The notes beneath the pieces were generated by a model, which made no database searches, was not told where the DNA came from, and saw only the letters and a list, made by a program, of their open reading frames with translations. Positions 17,121 to 26,258 of a stretch of 64,000 nucleotides of DNA are shown one piece after another. The translations under genes were made by a program, and so were the position numbers. Source of the stretch: Candidatus Binataceae bacterium (GTDB lineage: Bacteria > Desulfobacterota > Binatia > Binatales > Binataceae); the NCBI GenBank assembly GCA_036489375.1, contig DASXFX010000054.1, positions 210 to 64,209 on the forward strand, given 5' to 3'. Each line of letters opens with the position of its first letter. Within the stretch, counting starts at the first letter, position 1.

Positions 17121-18233
17121 ATGGGTGGGGGCGTCCGTTCGGTGAGTGATTCGATTGGGGTGCGGCTGCGGCGCGCCGGCGATCTCATACTATTGAGCTC
17201 GGTGAGTATGGGCGCTGTGCTGATGCTCGCCGGCACTCCCGCATCTGCCGAGGATTGGGGCATGGGCGCGGCGAACAGGGAAATCGCGCGCGGTGCCGTT
17301 TTTAGCCCGGTTTCGACGCCCGCGAGTGAAATCGCCACGCTGGCGTGGTTCACACTGGCGATCACCCTGGCAATTTTTCTAACCGTCGGCGGCCTCCTGC
17401 TATACAGTGTCATCCGCTTTCGGGCGCGTCCGAGCGACGAGCAGCGCGAACCTCCGCAGTTATACGGCAGCAATCCGATCGAGTTTGCGTGGACGGCAAT
17501 ACCGCTGTTGATCGTGTTCGTACTGGCTCTGACAACAGTCCGAACTATTTACGACGTGCAGGCGGCAGTCGAACCGCCAAACGCGGTCCACGTGCGGGTG
17601 ATTGGCCATCAATGGTGGTGGGAATTTCGATATCCCGATTTGGGCATAGTCACTGCGAACGAGCTGCATGTTCCGCTGAGCGACCCGGCGCACCCAACGC
17701 CAACGTGGCTCGAGCTTGAATCCGCGGATGTCGCCCACAGCTTTTGGGTACCGCGACTGGCCGGCAAGACCGATCTCATTCCGAACAAGATCAATACCAT
17801 GTGGATCGATCCACACCAGCCTGGAATTTATCTCGGCCAATGCGCCGAGTTCTGCGGCACGGAGCACGCGATGATGCTGATTCGCGTAGTGGTCGAGCCG
17901 CGCGCGAATTTCGATCGATGGGTAGCGGCGCAACGTATGCCTGCGTCGCCGCATGACGCCGTCGCACACGGTCGGCAGGTCTTCCAGACCAATGCGTGCG
18001 CGAGTTGCCACACCGTACAGGGAACTTCCGCGCACGGAACTTATGGACCCGACTTGACCCACATGATGAGCCGGCAGACAGTCGGATCCGGAGTCGCAAC
18101 GAACACGGCCGATCATTTGAAGATATGGGTGCGCGATCCGGCCCGCATGAAACCGGGGGCGTTGATGCCGGCGATGAATCTGTCCGAGAAGGACCTCGAT
18201 GACGTGGTGACATGGATGGTGACGCTCAAATAG
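17121..18233 (+). CDS. ctaC: cytochrome c oxidase subunit II with fused C-terminal cytochrome c domain (caa3-type)
   Basis: The CuA site is HSFWVP...CAEFCGTEHAMM and a C-terminal CASCH haem c motif is present. The start is uncertain; an alternative lies at 17208 (MGAVLMLAG). Confidence 0.9.
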   Translation: MGGGVRSVSDSIGVRLRRAGDLILLSSVSMGAVLMLAGTPASAEDWGMGAANREIARGAVFSPVSTPASEIATLAWFTLAITLAIFLTVGGLLLYSVIRFRARPSDEQREPPQLYGSNPIEFAWTAIPLLIVFVLALTTVRTIYDVQAAVEPPNAVHVRVIGHQWWWEFRYPDLGIVTANELHVPLSDPAHPTPTWLELESADVAHSFWVPRLAGKTDLIPNKINTMWIDPHQPGIYLGQCAEFCGTEHAMMLIRVVVEPRANFDRWVAAQRMPASPHDAVAHGRQVFQTNACASCHTVQGTSAHGTYGPDLTHMMSRQTVGSGVATNTADHLKIWVRDPARMKPGALMPAMNLSEKDLDDVVTWMVTLK

Positions 18234-18240
18234 GACTGCG

Positions 18241-19938
18241 ATGGCCGGCACTATAGACGACCGCTTCGCACTCGACGCCGGAGGCTCGGAACTCGCTTCC
18301 GCTAACGCATTACCAATTGCGGGCAAACTCCATGAGTGGATAACTACGGTCGATCACAAGAAGCTCGGCCTGATGTATATCGGCTGGGGGCTGATTTTTT
18401 TCCTGGTGGCAGGGCTGCAAGCCGCGACTATTCGCTTACAACTGGCCGTTCCAAACGCCGGGATCGTTTCGCCGCAGGTATTCAATCGGCTCCTAACTCT
18501 ACATGGCACGGCGATGGTGTTCCTCGTGGGAATGCCGATCCTGACGGGGTTCTTCAACTACCTGGTGCCCTTGATGATCGGGGCGCGCGACCTGGCGTTC
18601 CCGCGGCTCAACGCCTTTGGCTTCTGGTTATGGTTCTTTGGTTCTCTGCTTCTGTATTTCAGCTATATCGGCGGCGGCGGAATGGAAGGCGCAGGCAGCG
18701 CGCCCTCCGTCGGATGGTTCGCGTATGCGCCACTGACCGAGACTCCATTCTCGCGCGGCCATTCGACTGACTATTGGATAATCAGCATTTTACTGGCGAG
18801 TGTTGGTTCGACTGCAACTGCGGTTAACCTGATCGCGACCGCGTTCTCGATGCGTTGTCCGGGGATGGCGCTGAACAAGATGCCGGTGTTGGTCTGGCTT
18901 GCGGTAGTTGATGCCGGCCTGATGCTGGTAGCACTTCCGCCGCTGTCCGCCGCACAGATCATGCTGCTGCTCGATCGCTATATGGGAGCGCATTTTTTCG
19001 ATACGCAGGCTGGGGGCTCTGCGTTGCTGTGGCAGCACTTCTTCTGGATTTTCGGACATCCGGAAGTTTACGTTCTGGTGATTCCGGCGTTCGCGTTCGC
19101 ATCCGAGATAATCCCGGTATTTTCACGCAAAGTGATTTTTGGCTACGAAGTCATGGTCGCAGCGTCATGCGCAATCGGATTTTTAAGTCTCGGCGTATGG
19201 GCTCATCACATGTTCAGCGTGGGAATGACACCCGCTGGTAATGCTTTTTTCGTCACCTCAAGCATGCTCGTGGGGATCCCCACCGGTATCAAGATTTTTA
19301 ACTGGCTCGGGACGATGTGGGGCGGCCGCATCCGGCTGCGGGTACCGATGCTTTTTGCGATAGCATTCCTATTCCAGTTCCTGATCGCGGGCCTTACCGG
19401 GATCATTCTGGCAGTGGCGCCATTCGACTGGCAGCTCACTGATACCTATTTCGTGGTCGCGCACTTTCATTACGTTCTGATCGGCGGAATCGTCTTCATG
19501 ATTTTCGCTGCGATCTACTACTGGTTTCCCAAAGCGACGGGCCGAATGCTGGATGAACGGCTGGGCCAGTTGCATTTCTGGCTCTTCCTCATCGGCTTTC
19601 ACTTGACCTTTGACACCTTGCATTTCGCCGGATTGCAGGGAATGCCGCGGCGGATTTATACGTATCAACCGGGACGCGGCTTCGAACTGCCTAATCTGAT
19701 CGCTTCGATTGGCGTGATTTTTCAGGCTCTTGGGATGATCGCCTTCGTCTTCGATGTCATCAAGTCACTGACGTCGGGGAAGCCCGCAGGTAAAGATCCA
19801 TGGGACGCCTGGACGCTCGAATGGTCAACGTCATCGCCGCCGCCGGAATACAACTTTGCTGATCTTCCGACTGTGCATAGCCGACGTCCCTTGTGGGATT
19901 TGAAGCATCCCGAGGATCCCGATTGGAAGTATGAGTAA
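18241..19938 (+). CDS. ctaD: cytochrome c oxidase subunit I
   Basis: 565 aa, with TVDHKKLGLMYI, WFFGHPEVY-type WIFGHPEVYVL and HHMF motifs. Confidence 0.95.
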   Translation: MAGTIDDRFALDAGGSELASANALPIAGKLHEWITTVDHKKLGLMYIGWGLIFFLVAGLQAATIRLQLAVPNAGIVSPQVFNRLLTLHGTAMVFLVGMPILTGFFNYLVPLMIGARDLAFPRLNAFGFWLWFFGSLLLYFSYIGGGGMEGAGSAPSVGWFAYAPLTETPFSRGHSTDYWIISILLASVGSTATAVNLIATAFSMRCPGMALNKMPVLVWLAVVDAGLMLVALPPLSAAQIMLLLDRYMGAHFFDTQAGGSALLWQHFFWIFGHPEVYVLVIPAFAFASEIIPVFSRKVIFGYEVMVAASCAIGFLSLGVWAHHMFSVGMTPAGNAFFVTSSMLVGIPTGIKIFNWLGTMWGGRIRLRVPMLFAIAFLFQFLIAGLTGIILAVAPFDWQLTDTYFVVAHFHYVLIGGIVFMIFAAIYYWFPKATGRMLDERLGQLHFWLFLIGFHLTFDTLHFAGLQGMPRRIYTYQPGRGFELPNLIASIGVIFQALGMIAFVFDVIKSLTSGKPAGKDPWDAWTLEWSTSSPPPEYNFADLPTVHSRRPLWDLKHPEDPDWKYE

Positions 19939-20560
19939 CGTCAAGCCCATAACCATGGAGGCGGCGGCCCACACGATCGCGCCCCCAGCGATACTCCATC
20001 CGTGGGGATTACCTTCGCGCGGACGTGTTGGAATGATTGCGCTGATAACGACGGAAACTGCATTTTTTACGATTTTCGTGACTGCCTACGTTTTCTACAT
20101 CGGTAAGAGCCTGACGCCGCCGTATCCGCGAGACGTACTATCCTATCCGGTGTTCAATACGATCTGCCTCCTGTCGTCGAGCATTACGATCGCGTTGGCC
20201 TCACGCGCACTGAACGCTGGAGCGATCCGCAGGTTCGCTGTTTTATGGATCATCACCCTGGCACTCGGGGTCGAATTTCTCATCGGAACCGGACTCGAAT
20301 GGCATCGGCTTATATACCACGTCGGACTGACTATACGGACCAATCTTTTCGGCACGACTTACTATTCGCTGGTGGGGCTGCACGCGGTGCATGTGACTAT
20401 CGGATCGCTTGCGATCGCGCTGGTGGCGATGCTCACGCTGGCGGGTGCGGTTACGCAAGAGCATGCCGAACGGATTGAAATGCTTTCGTGGTACTGGCAT
20501 TTCGTCGATGCGGTCTGGATCGTCGTGTTCCTGACCGTCTATGTGGTAGGCACGAGGTAG
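19931..20560 (+). CDS. ctaE: cytochrome c oxidase subunit III
   Basis: 209 aa with 5 TM helices and the C-terminal WYWHFVDAVWIVVF motif. It overlaps ctaD by 8 nt. Confidence 0.9.
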   Translation: MSNVKPITMEAAAHTIAPPAILHPWGLPSRGRVGMIALITTETAFFTIFVTAYVFYIGKSLTPPYPRDVLSYPVFNTICLLSSSITIALASRALNAGAIRRFAVLWIITLALGVEFLIGTGLEWHRLIYHVGLTIRTNLFGTTYYSLVGLHAVHVTIGSLAIALVAMLTLAGAVTQEHAERIEMLSWYWHFVDAVWIVVFLTVYVVGTR

Positions 20561-20561
20561 A

Positions 20562-21404
20562 TTGCGCGTGGCTGGAGCGCTCGATTCAGAAGGTTCACGC
20601 TCGAGCATCAAGGCTCCTGCGCCGACCGGGATGCCGCTCCTCGCCGCAGCGGGAATCACACTCGCGTTCACCGGGCTGGTCACGAGCTTGGTGGTGACTG
20701 TAATTGGCGTCGTGCTCGCGATCAGCGGCTTCGTTGGATGGTTTCGCGAAGTGTTGCCGCGCGAACATCGTGAAGCGATCGTCGTGGAAAAACCGCTAGA
20801 GGAAGCTCCGCTGGCGCATATACCGGTGGCGCATTTACGGGTTGGCGAGCAGGACCATCGCGCTCGCCTCCCGCTCGAAATTTACCCTTACTCGGCGGGG
20901 ATTAAAGGCGGGATCGCCGGCGGATTCGTGATGGCACTGCTGGCCATGGTGCACGGCGCCGTACTTCATGGGAGTCCCTGGTACACGATCAATCTGCTGG
21001 CGGCGGCGGCGATGCCAAGCCTGGCGAGCGCGAGCGCGGCGACCCTAGCGAGCTTCAACTTGCATGCGTTCATGGTCGCGGTACTGGTCCATGCGTTCGT
21101 CTCGCTTCTGGTCGGATTACTCTATGGAGTCTTGCTGCCAATGCTGCCGAGCTATCCCATATTGCTCGCTGGTATCGTCGCGCCATTGCTATGGACCGGG
21201 TTGCTTTGGTCGACCCTAAACGTGATCGATCCACTGCTTGATGCGCGGCTGGATTGGGGATGGTTCGTGCTGTGCCAGATTGCCTTCGGCATCACTGCGG
21301 GAATCGTGGTGGGGCGATCGGAGAAGATTCGTACTTTGCAGCACCTTTCGTTCGCCGTGCGTAGCGGAGTCGAGGGCGACCTGGACCCTGAGGAGAAAGC
21401 GTGA
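20562..21404 (+). CDS. polytopic membrane protein of unknown function embedded in the cox/qcr operon
   Basis: 280 aa with a TTG start 1 nt after the ctaE stop, about 6 hydrophobic helices, and a 4-nt overlap with the next gene. I recognise no family. Confidence 0.55.
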   Translation: MRVAGALDSEGSRSSIKAPAPTGMPLLAAAGITLAFTGLVTSLVVTVIGVVLAISGFVGWFREVLPREHREAIVVEKPLEEAPLAHIPVAHLRVGEQDHRARLPLEIYPYSAGIKGGIAGGFVMALLAMVHGAVLHGSPWYTINLLAAAAMPSLASASAATLASFNLHAFMVAVLVHAFVSLLVGLLYGVLLPMLPSYPILLAGIVAPLLWTGLLWSTLNVIDPLLDARLDWGWFVLCQIAFGITAGIVVGRSEKIRTLQHLSFAVRSGVEGDLDPEEKA

Positions 21405-22087
21405 AAGCGCAGCGGCTAGCCGGGTATGCCGCAGCCGCGTTGGCCTTGGCGATGATCCATGCGTGCGACCGATTACCCGGACGGCCGAGCGCGGCCGCCC
21501 GTCCACTCAATCCTAATCAGGTTACCGATTTCGCAACGCTTTACGGCGAGAACTGCGCGGGCTGTCATGGTTCAAACGGCAATTTCGGCGCTGCGCTGCC
21601 ACTCAACAATCCAACCTATCTTGCGATTGTTGACGATGAATCAATCTCCGACGCAATCTCCAAGGGGCTCGCAGGGACTTCGATGCCCGCATTTGCCGTG
21701 AGCGGCGGCGGCATGCTGACGGATGCGCAGATCAAAGGCATCGTGAGCGGAATGCGAGCGCACTGGGGGAACGAACAGAACGCATTCGGCGGCGCGCCGC
21801 CCTACGCCTCGGCAGAGACGGGCGATCAGGTTCAGGGCGCGAAAGTCTATGCTGACTACTGCGCCTCCTGCCACAGCGCCAACGGAATCGGTGGCGGAAA
21901 ATCGGGGGCGATTGCCGATCCGTCTTTTCTGGCGCTGTACAGTGATCAGTCGTTGCGAACATTGATCATTGCGGGACGCCCCGACCTCGGCCATCCGGGA
22001 TGGCGCGACTACTCGGGCAAAGCTCCTCTCGATTCGACCCAAGTGAACGACCTCGTCGCGTGGCTCTCGGCAAAACGTGGATCGTGA
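21401..22087 (+). CDS. diheme cytochrome c
   Basis: It carries two CxxCH motifs (CAGCH, CASCH) and an N-terminal signal or possible lipoprotein anchor (ALAMIHAC). Confidence 0.85.
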   Translation: MKAQRLAGYAAAALALAMIHACDRLPGRPSAAARPLNPNQVTDFATLYGENCAGCHGSNGNFGAALPLNNPTYLAIVDDESISDAISKGLAGTSMPAFAVSGGGMLTDAQIKGIVSGMRAHWGNEQNAFGGAPPYASAETGDQVQGAKVYADYCASCHSANGIGGGKSGAIADPSFLALYSDQSLRTLIIAGRPDLGHPGWRDYSGKAPLDSTQVNDLVAWLSAKRGS

Positions 22088-22652
22088 GTCGCAGGATAAG
22101 CATCAAAGGATGGCCATGATCGAAAGCTCCGAAACGGGAACCAACGACGCGAGCCGCACAGAGTCGAGCCGACGGGGTTTTCTGCTTCGTGCCGGTATTC
22201 TGCTCAACGCGCTCGCCGTCGCTGCGTTTGCGATTCCGATAGCGAGCTACCTGCTAGGACCATTGAGACGCAGCGTTTTCCTCAAATGGATTTCGCTGGG
22301 CCCCGTGGGCGCCTTTCCAGAAAATCAGACGCGGCTCGCCATATATACGAATCCGTTTCGTCAGCCATGGGATGGCACCACCGCCGAGATTCCGTGCTGG
22401 GTGAGACGACTCAACGGCAATACGTTTCAAGTGTTCGCGATCAATTGCTCACATCTAGGTTGTCCGGTGCGATGGTTTCCGGAGTCGGAGCTATTCATGT
22501 GCCCATGCCATGGCGGTACTTTTCACGCAGACGGCGAACGCGCGTCCGGACCGCCGCCGCGCAGCCTTTATCAATACCCATATAAGGTTGAGAGCGGCGA
22601 ATTGTGGGTCAAAGCTGGCGAGATGCCGGTGATGAGACTCCCCAAGGCTTGA
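22077..22652 (+). CDS. Rieske [2Fe-2S] subunit of a cytochrome bc-type complex
   Basis: It has the twin-arginine signal SRRGFLLRAG and the Rieske boxes CSHLGCP and CPCHGG. Confidence 0.9.
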   Translation: MDRESQDKHQRMAMIESSETGTNDASRTESSRRGFLLRAGILLNALAVAAFAIPIASYLLGPLRRSVFLKWISLGPVGAFPENQTRLAIYTNPFRQPWDGTTAEIPCWVRRLNGNTFQVFAINCSHLGCPVRWFPESELFMCPCHGGTFHADGERASGPPPRSLYQYPYKVESGELWVKAGEMPVMRLPKA

Positions 22653-22669
22653 GAGACCGCGAAAGCGCA

Positions 22670-24136
22670 GTGACAAAGTTGAAAGCAGTGCAGCGCGCGA
22701 TCATCGAATGGATGCGACTGCGCTTGAGCTCACCGCAGCCGCCGAATAACGCTCCCTATCGAGTACCGCGCAGCGCCGTGAGCTGGGGCTATGTCTTTGG
22801 CAGCGCGACATTCGTGGTCTTACTACTGGAGGTGGTGACCGGGCTATGTCTTGCGCTGGTCTATTCGCCGTCAGCCGACAACGCATGGCAAAGCCTGCTC
22901 TATCTCAATTATCAGCAACCGCTCGGATGGTATCTGCGAGCGCTGCATTACTGGGGTTCAAATTTTCTTCTTGCGCTGATGGTTATCCACCTGGTGCAAG
23001 TCTTTGTGCTTGGCGCATACAAGTACCCACGCGAACTTACCTGGATCGGTGGCGTCCTGTTGCTGTTGCTCACGCTCGCAATGGCGTTGACGGGCGAAGT
23101 TCTGCGCTTCGATCAAGAAGCCTACTGGGACCTGGCGATCGGATTCGCTTTGGCCGGCCGCACTCCCATTATTGGCGGCTACCTGGTGCATTTTCTAATG
23201 GGTGGGCCGATCATCGCAGGCGCAACACTTGCGCGTATGTTCACGATGCACGTACTACTCCTGCCTGCCGCGATCCTTGCACTGACCGGATTGCATCTGC
23301 TGTTGGTCTATCGGCTTGGCATTAGTGAATGGCCGATGCCCGGGCGGCTTGTACGACGCGAAACGTATCTCAGCAACTATCGCACGACACTCGACCGCGA
23401 AGGCGAGCCTTTGATTCCAAATGGCTTGCGCAAGGACCTGATCTTCGCTGCGCTCATCGTTCTCGGGCTCATCGTGACTGCGGCTGTTATGGGGCCAAAA
23501 GGCCCGAATGGAGCGCCGAATCCCTCAATCATTCAGACTCGCCCGCATCCTGATTTCTTCTTCCTGTGGATGGAAGCACTTATGGGATTGCTGCCAGCGT
23601 GGCTGGATACTCCCTTTGCGCTCATCGTACTACCGATACTGTTAATTGGCTTGTTCGCGCTACCTCTCATTTCTCCGACCGGCGAGCGTCACATTCTGCG
23701 ACGCCCGCTCTCGATGGTCATCGCCATCATCGTGTTTGCCGTCCTGATAACAACGACGTGGTTGGGTACTTACGATCCGTGGTCGCCAGATATGAATGCC
23801 TGGAGTGCCACACCTATCCCGATCGCTTACCTTAAGGGACGGACGGCACTCGAGTTACAGGGTGCTATTCTGATTCAGGCTAAGCAGTGCCGCAATTGCC
23901 ATTCGTTGGGTGGATCCGGTGGGATGCGCGGACCAGAGTTGGACACTACTGCGACTCGCCTGACGCGCAACGAGTTGATTCGGCAGATTCTGCAAGGCGG
24001 CGGCAATATGCCGGGCTATGGTAAGGCACTTAGGCCCGCCGAGGTGGATGCGATCGTCGCCTTTCTAATGACTATGCATCCCGCAAACGAACCCCCGGCG
24101 CGCAGCTCCGCACGGCCCGCGGAGACGGGCGGCTAA
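22670..24136 (+). CDS. cytochrome b (b6 + subunit IV fused) with C-terminal cytochrome c domain
   Basis: It has cytochrome b helices with His ligands (MVIHLVQ, TMHVLLLP) and a C-terminal CRNCH. I prefer the GTG start at 22670, after the Rieske stop; the ORF is open from 22604. Confidence 0.85.
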   Translation: MTKLKAVQRAIIEWMRLRLSSPQPPNNAPYRVPRSAVSWGYVFGSATFVVLLLEVVTGLCLALVYSPSADNAWQSLLYLNYQQPLGWYLRALHYWGSNFLLALMVIHLVQVFVLGAYKYPRELTWIGGVLLLLLTLAMALTGEVLRFDQEAYWDLAIGFALAGRTPIIGGYLVHFLMGGPIIAGATLARMFTMHVLLLPAAILALTGLHLLLVYRLGISEWPMPGRLVRRETYLSNYRTTLDREGEPLIPNGLRKDLIFAALIVLGLIVTAAVMGPKGPNGAPNPSIIQTRPHPDFFFLWMEALMGLLPAWLDTPFALIVLPILLIGLFALPLISPTGERHILRRPLSMVIAIIVFAVLITTTWLGTYDPWSPDMNAWSATPIPIAYLKGRTALELQGAILIQAKQCRNCHSLGGSGGMRGPELDTTATRLTRNELIRQILQGGGNMPGYGKALRPAEVDAIVAFLMTMHPANEPPARSSARPAETGG

Positions 24137-24147
24137 ACGCATCGGTA

Positions 24148-25032
24148 ATGTATCCCATCACGTCGATAGCAGATACGGCTCTCGCCACGTGGCGGTTCCC
24201 CTGGTGGACGAGCGGTCTGCTGCTGCTGACGGTGACACTTTACGCGCGTGGCTTCGCAGGGTTACATCGGCAGATGCCGTCGCGCTTTCCGCTGCGGCGC
24301 CTGGGCTTCTTCCTTGCGGGCACCGCAGCGATCGCGCTCGCATTGATTTCGCCGCTCGAAGCGCTTGACGAGGCACTGCTCACTGCTCACATGGTGCAGC
24401 ACCTGCTGCTACTCACAATCGCACCGCCACTATTGTTGCTCGGTGCGCCGCAGATTCCAATGATACGGGGAATTCCGCCCAAGCTTGCGAAGCGAACTAT
24501 TGGCATCATCGCAAAGTCGCACTCGTGCAAGGGTTTGTTTAGATTCGTGACTCATCCAGTTAGCGCTTTCCTACTGTTTTCAGTTGCTATGCTTGGATGG
24601 CATCTGCCAGGACCGTTCGAGACTGCACTTCGCTCCGACTACTGGCACGCGCTGGAACATGGATGCTTCCTCTCCGCTGGAATGATCTTCTGGTATCCGA
24701 TCCTGCGGCCGTGGCCTGCCGTCGAGCAGTGGACGCGATGGGCGTTCGTCCCTTACCTGCTGATAGCCGATGCCGAGAATTCGGTGCTGGCAGCTTTCAT
24801 GGTTTTTTCAGGGCGGGTCATCTATTCATCCTACGCCAATCAGGCGCGCATCGATGGGATCCCTGCCATCACAGACCAGGTTGTCGCGGGTGCAGTTATG
24901 TGGTTGCCAGGCTCAATGCCATTTCTGATTCCCGCGATTGTTATCGTGATCCGCGCTCTCCAGCCGAGCACGCTAGCCACACCTCGAAGTGGTCACTATA
25001 TGCACGGCGTAGGTGTTGTCGACATCCATTAG
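24148..25032 (+). CDS. ctaG: caa3-type cytochrome c oxidase assembly factor CtaG
   Basis: 294 aa and polytopic, with a HMVQHLLLLTIAPPLLLLGAP signature as in the Caa3_CtaG family. Confidence 0.75.
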   Translation: MYPITSIADTALATWRFPWWTSGLLLLTVTLYARGFAGLHRQMPSRFPLRRLGFFLAGTAAIALALISPLEALDEALLTAHMVQHLLLLTIAPPLLLLGAPQIPMIRGIPPKLAKRTIGIIAKSHSCKGLFRFVTHPVSAFLLFSVAMLGWHLPGPFETALRSDYWHALEHGCFLSAGMIFWYPILRPWPAVEQWTRWAFVPYLLIADAENSVLAAFMVFSGRVIYSSYANQARIDGIPAITDQVVAGAVMWLPGSMPFLIPAIVIVIRALQPSTLATPRSGHYMHGVGVVDIH

Positions 25033-25117
25033 CCGTGCGTCGATTTCGTCCACTTTTCATTTGAACGAGGCGCAGGCGCCGAACTGTGCCGCCCGCCGTC
25101 CGATCGCACTTTGCCAG

Positions 25118-25981
25118 TTAATCAAACTTACGAATGAGTTCGGCGTAGCGCTCGAGCGTGGGCCATTGCCCATCTGGTTTTGCAGTTGGAACCAGGAATA
25201 GCACACGATGGAATCCGAGTTTAACCAACTCCCGAACTCGTCCCTCGAGTCCTCCGGCCGGTGCCATGTCGAAGGCGGTCATTACGCTTAGATCAATATC
25301 CTTAAACGAACGCCCGCGTCGCTCCACTTCGACCCGTATAGCTTCGACCCCGCCTGCTAAATCCACGCCCGCATCGACTGGAATCCAGCCATCGCAATAC
25401 TCAGCGACACGCGCGGGCACAAACTTCGACCACGCACCCATAAGCACTGGTGGTCCGCCCGCTTGCACTGGCTTAGGCCAGCACCACATCGGATCGAAGT
25501 TCACGAACTTGCCGTGGTACTCCGCGACCTCCTTGGTCCAAATCTCGCGCATCGCCAGAATCCGTTCCCGAGTGACCTTCCAACGGTCCTTGTAGTCCAC
25601 GCCATGATCCGCCATCTCCTCCGCATTCCAGCCGGCGCCAATACCCATCAGCAGGCGACCATTCGCCACACGATCCAGGCACGCCACAGTCTTGGCCAAA
25701 TTGATGGTGTTATGCTCCGGCACGAGACAGACCGAAGTGCCTACCTTGAGTTTCTCGGTGACCGCTGCCGCTGCGGCCAGTCCGATGAACGGATCAAAGA
25801 ACTGCTTATAGTATTCGGGTAGTTCACCGCCCATAACGAAGGGCGTTTTGCGGCTGGTAGGAATGTGTGAGTGCTCGCCAAACCAGACGGATTCAAAGCC
25901 ATGCGCTTCGGCCCATCGTCCGAATTCCGCCGGTTGAATTGTATAGTGCGTGGGTATCGCAACTAGTCCGAACTCGGCCAT
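25118..25981 (-). CDS. LLM-class F420-dependent oxidoreductase
   Basis: 287 aa, with GFESVWFGEHSHIP and GIGAGWN motifs typical of the luciferase-like family. Confidence 0.85.
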   Translation of the reverse strand: MAEFGLVAIPTHYTIQPAEFGRWAEAHGFESVWFGEHSHIPTSRKTPFVMGGELPEYYKQFFDPFIGLAAAAAVTEKLKVGTSVCLVPEHNTINLAKTVACLDRVANGRLLMGIGAGWNAEEMADHGVDYKDRWKVTRERILAMREIWTKEVAEYHGKFVNFDPMWCWPKPVQAGGPPVLMGAWSKFVPARVAEYCDGWIPVDAGVDLAGGVEAIRVEVERRGRSFKDIDLSVMTAFDMAPAGGLEGRVRELVKLGFHRVLFLVPTAKPDGQWPTLERYAELIRKFD

Positions 25982-26258
25982 AAATCTCTCCTATGGATTG
26001 TCTCGGGGTTGTAGGTCGGGGCATCGCCTTCGATTGGATTCCGCAGCCTACGAACAAAACCGTGAAATGTCTATTCATGAGTGCGTGCAACAATCATCCC
26101 GCTGTCAGAACACGAAACCAAACAGCCACTACTTCAAATACGAAGACCGTCACAACCGAGTAGATCTTGAAATCTGATATAAAACGCGTAGAGACTTTCG
26201 ACTCTGTTCAACTGCGGCTAAGCTCGATCGCGCGTCGTCCCGTAATTCGGCACCACAG

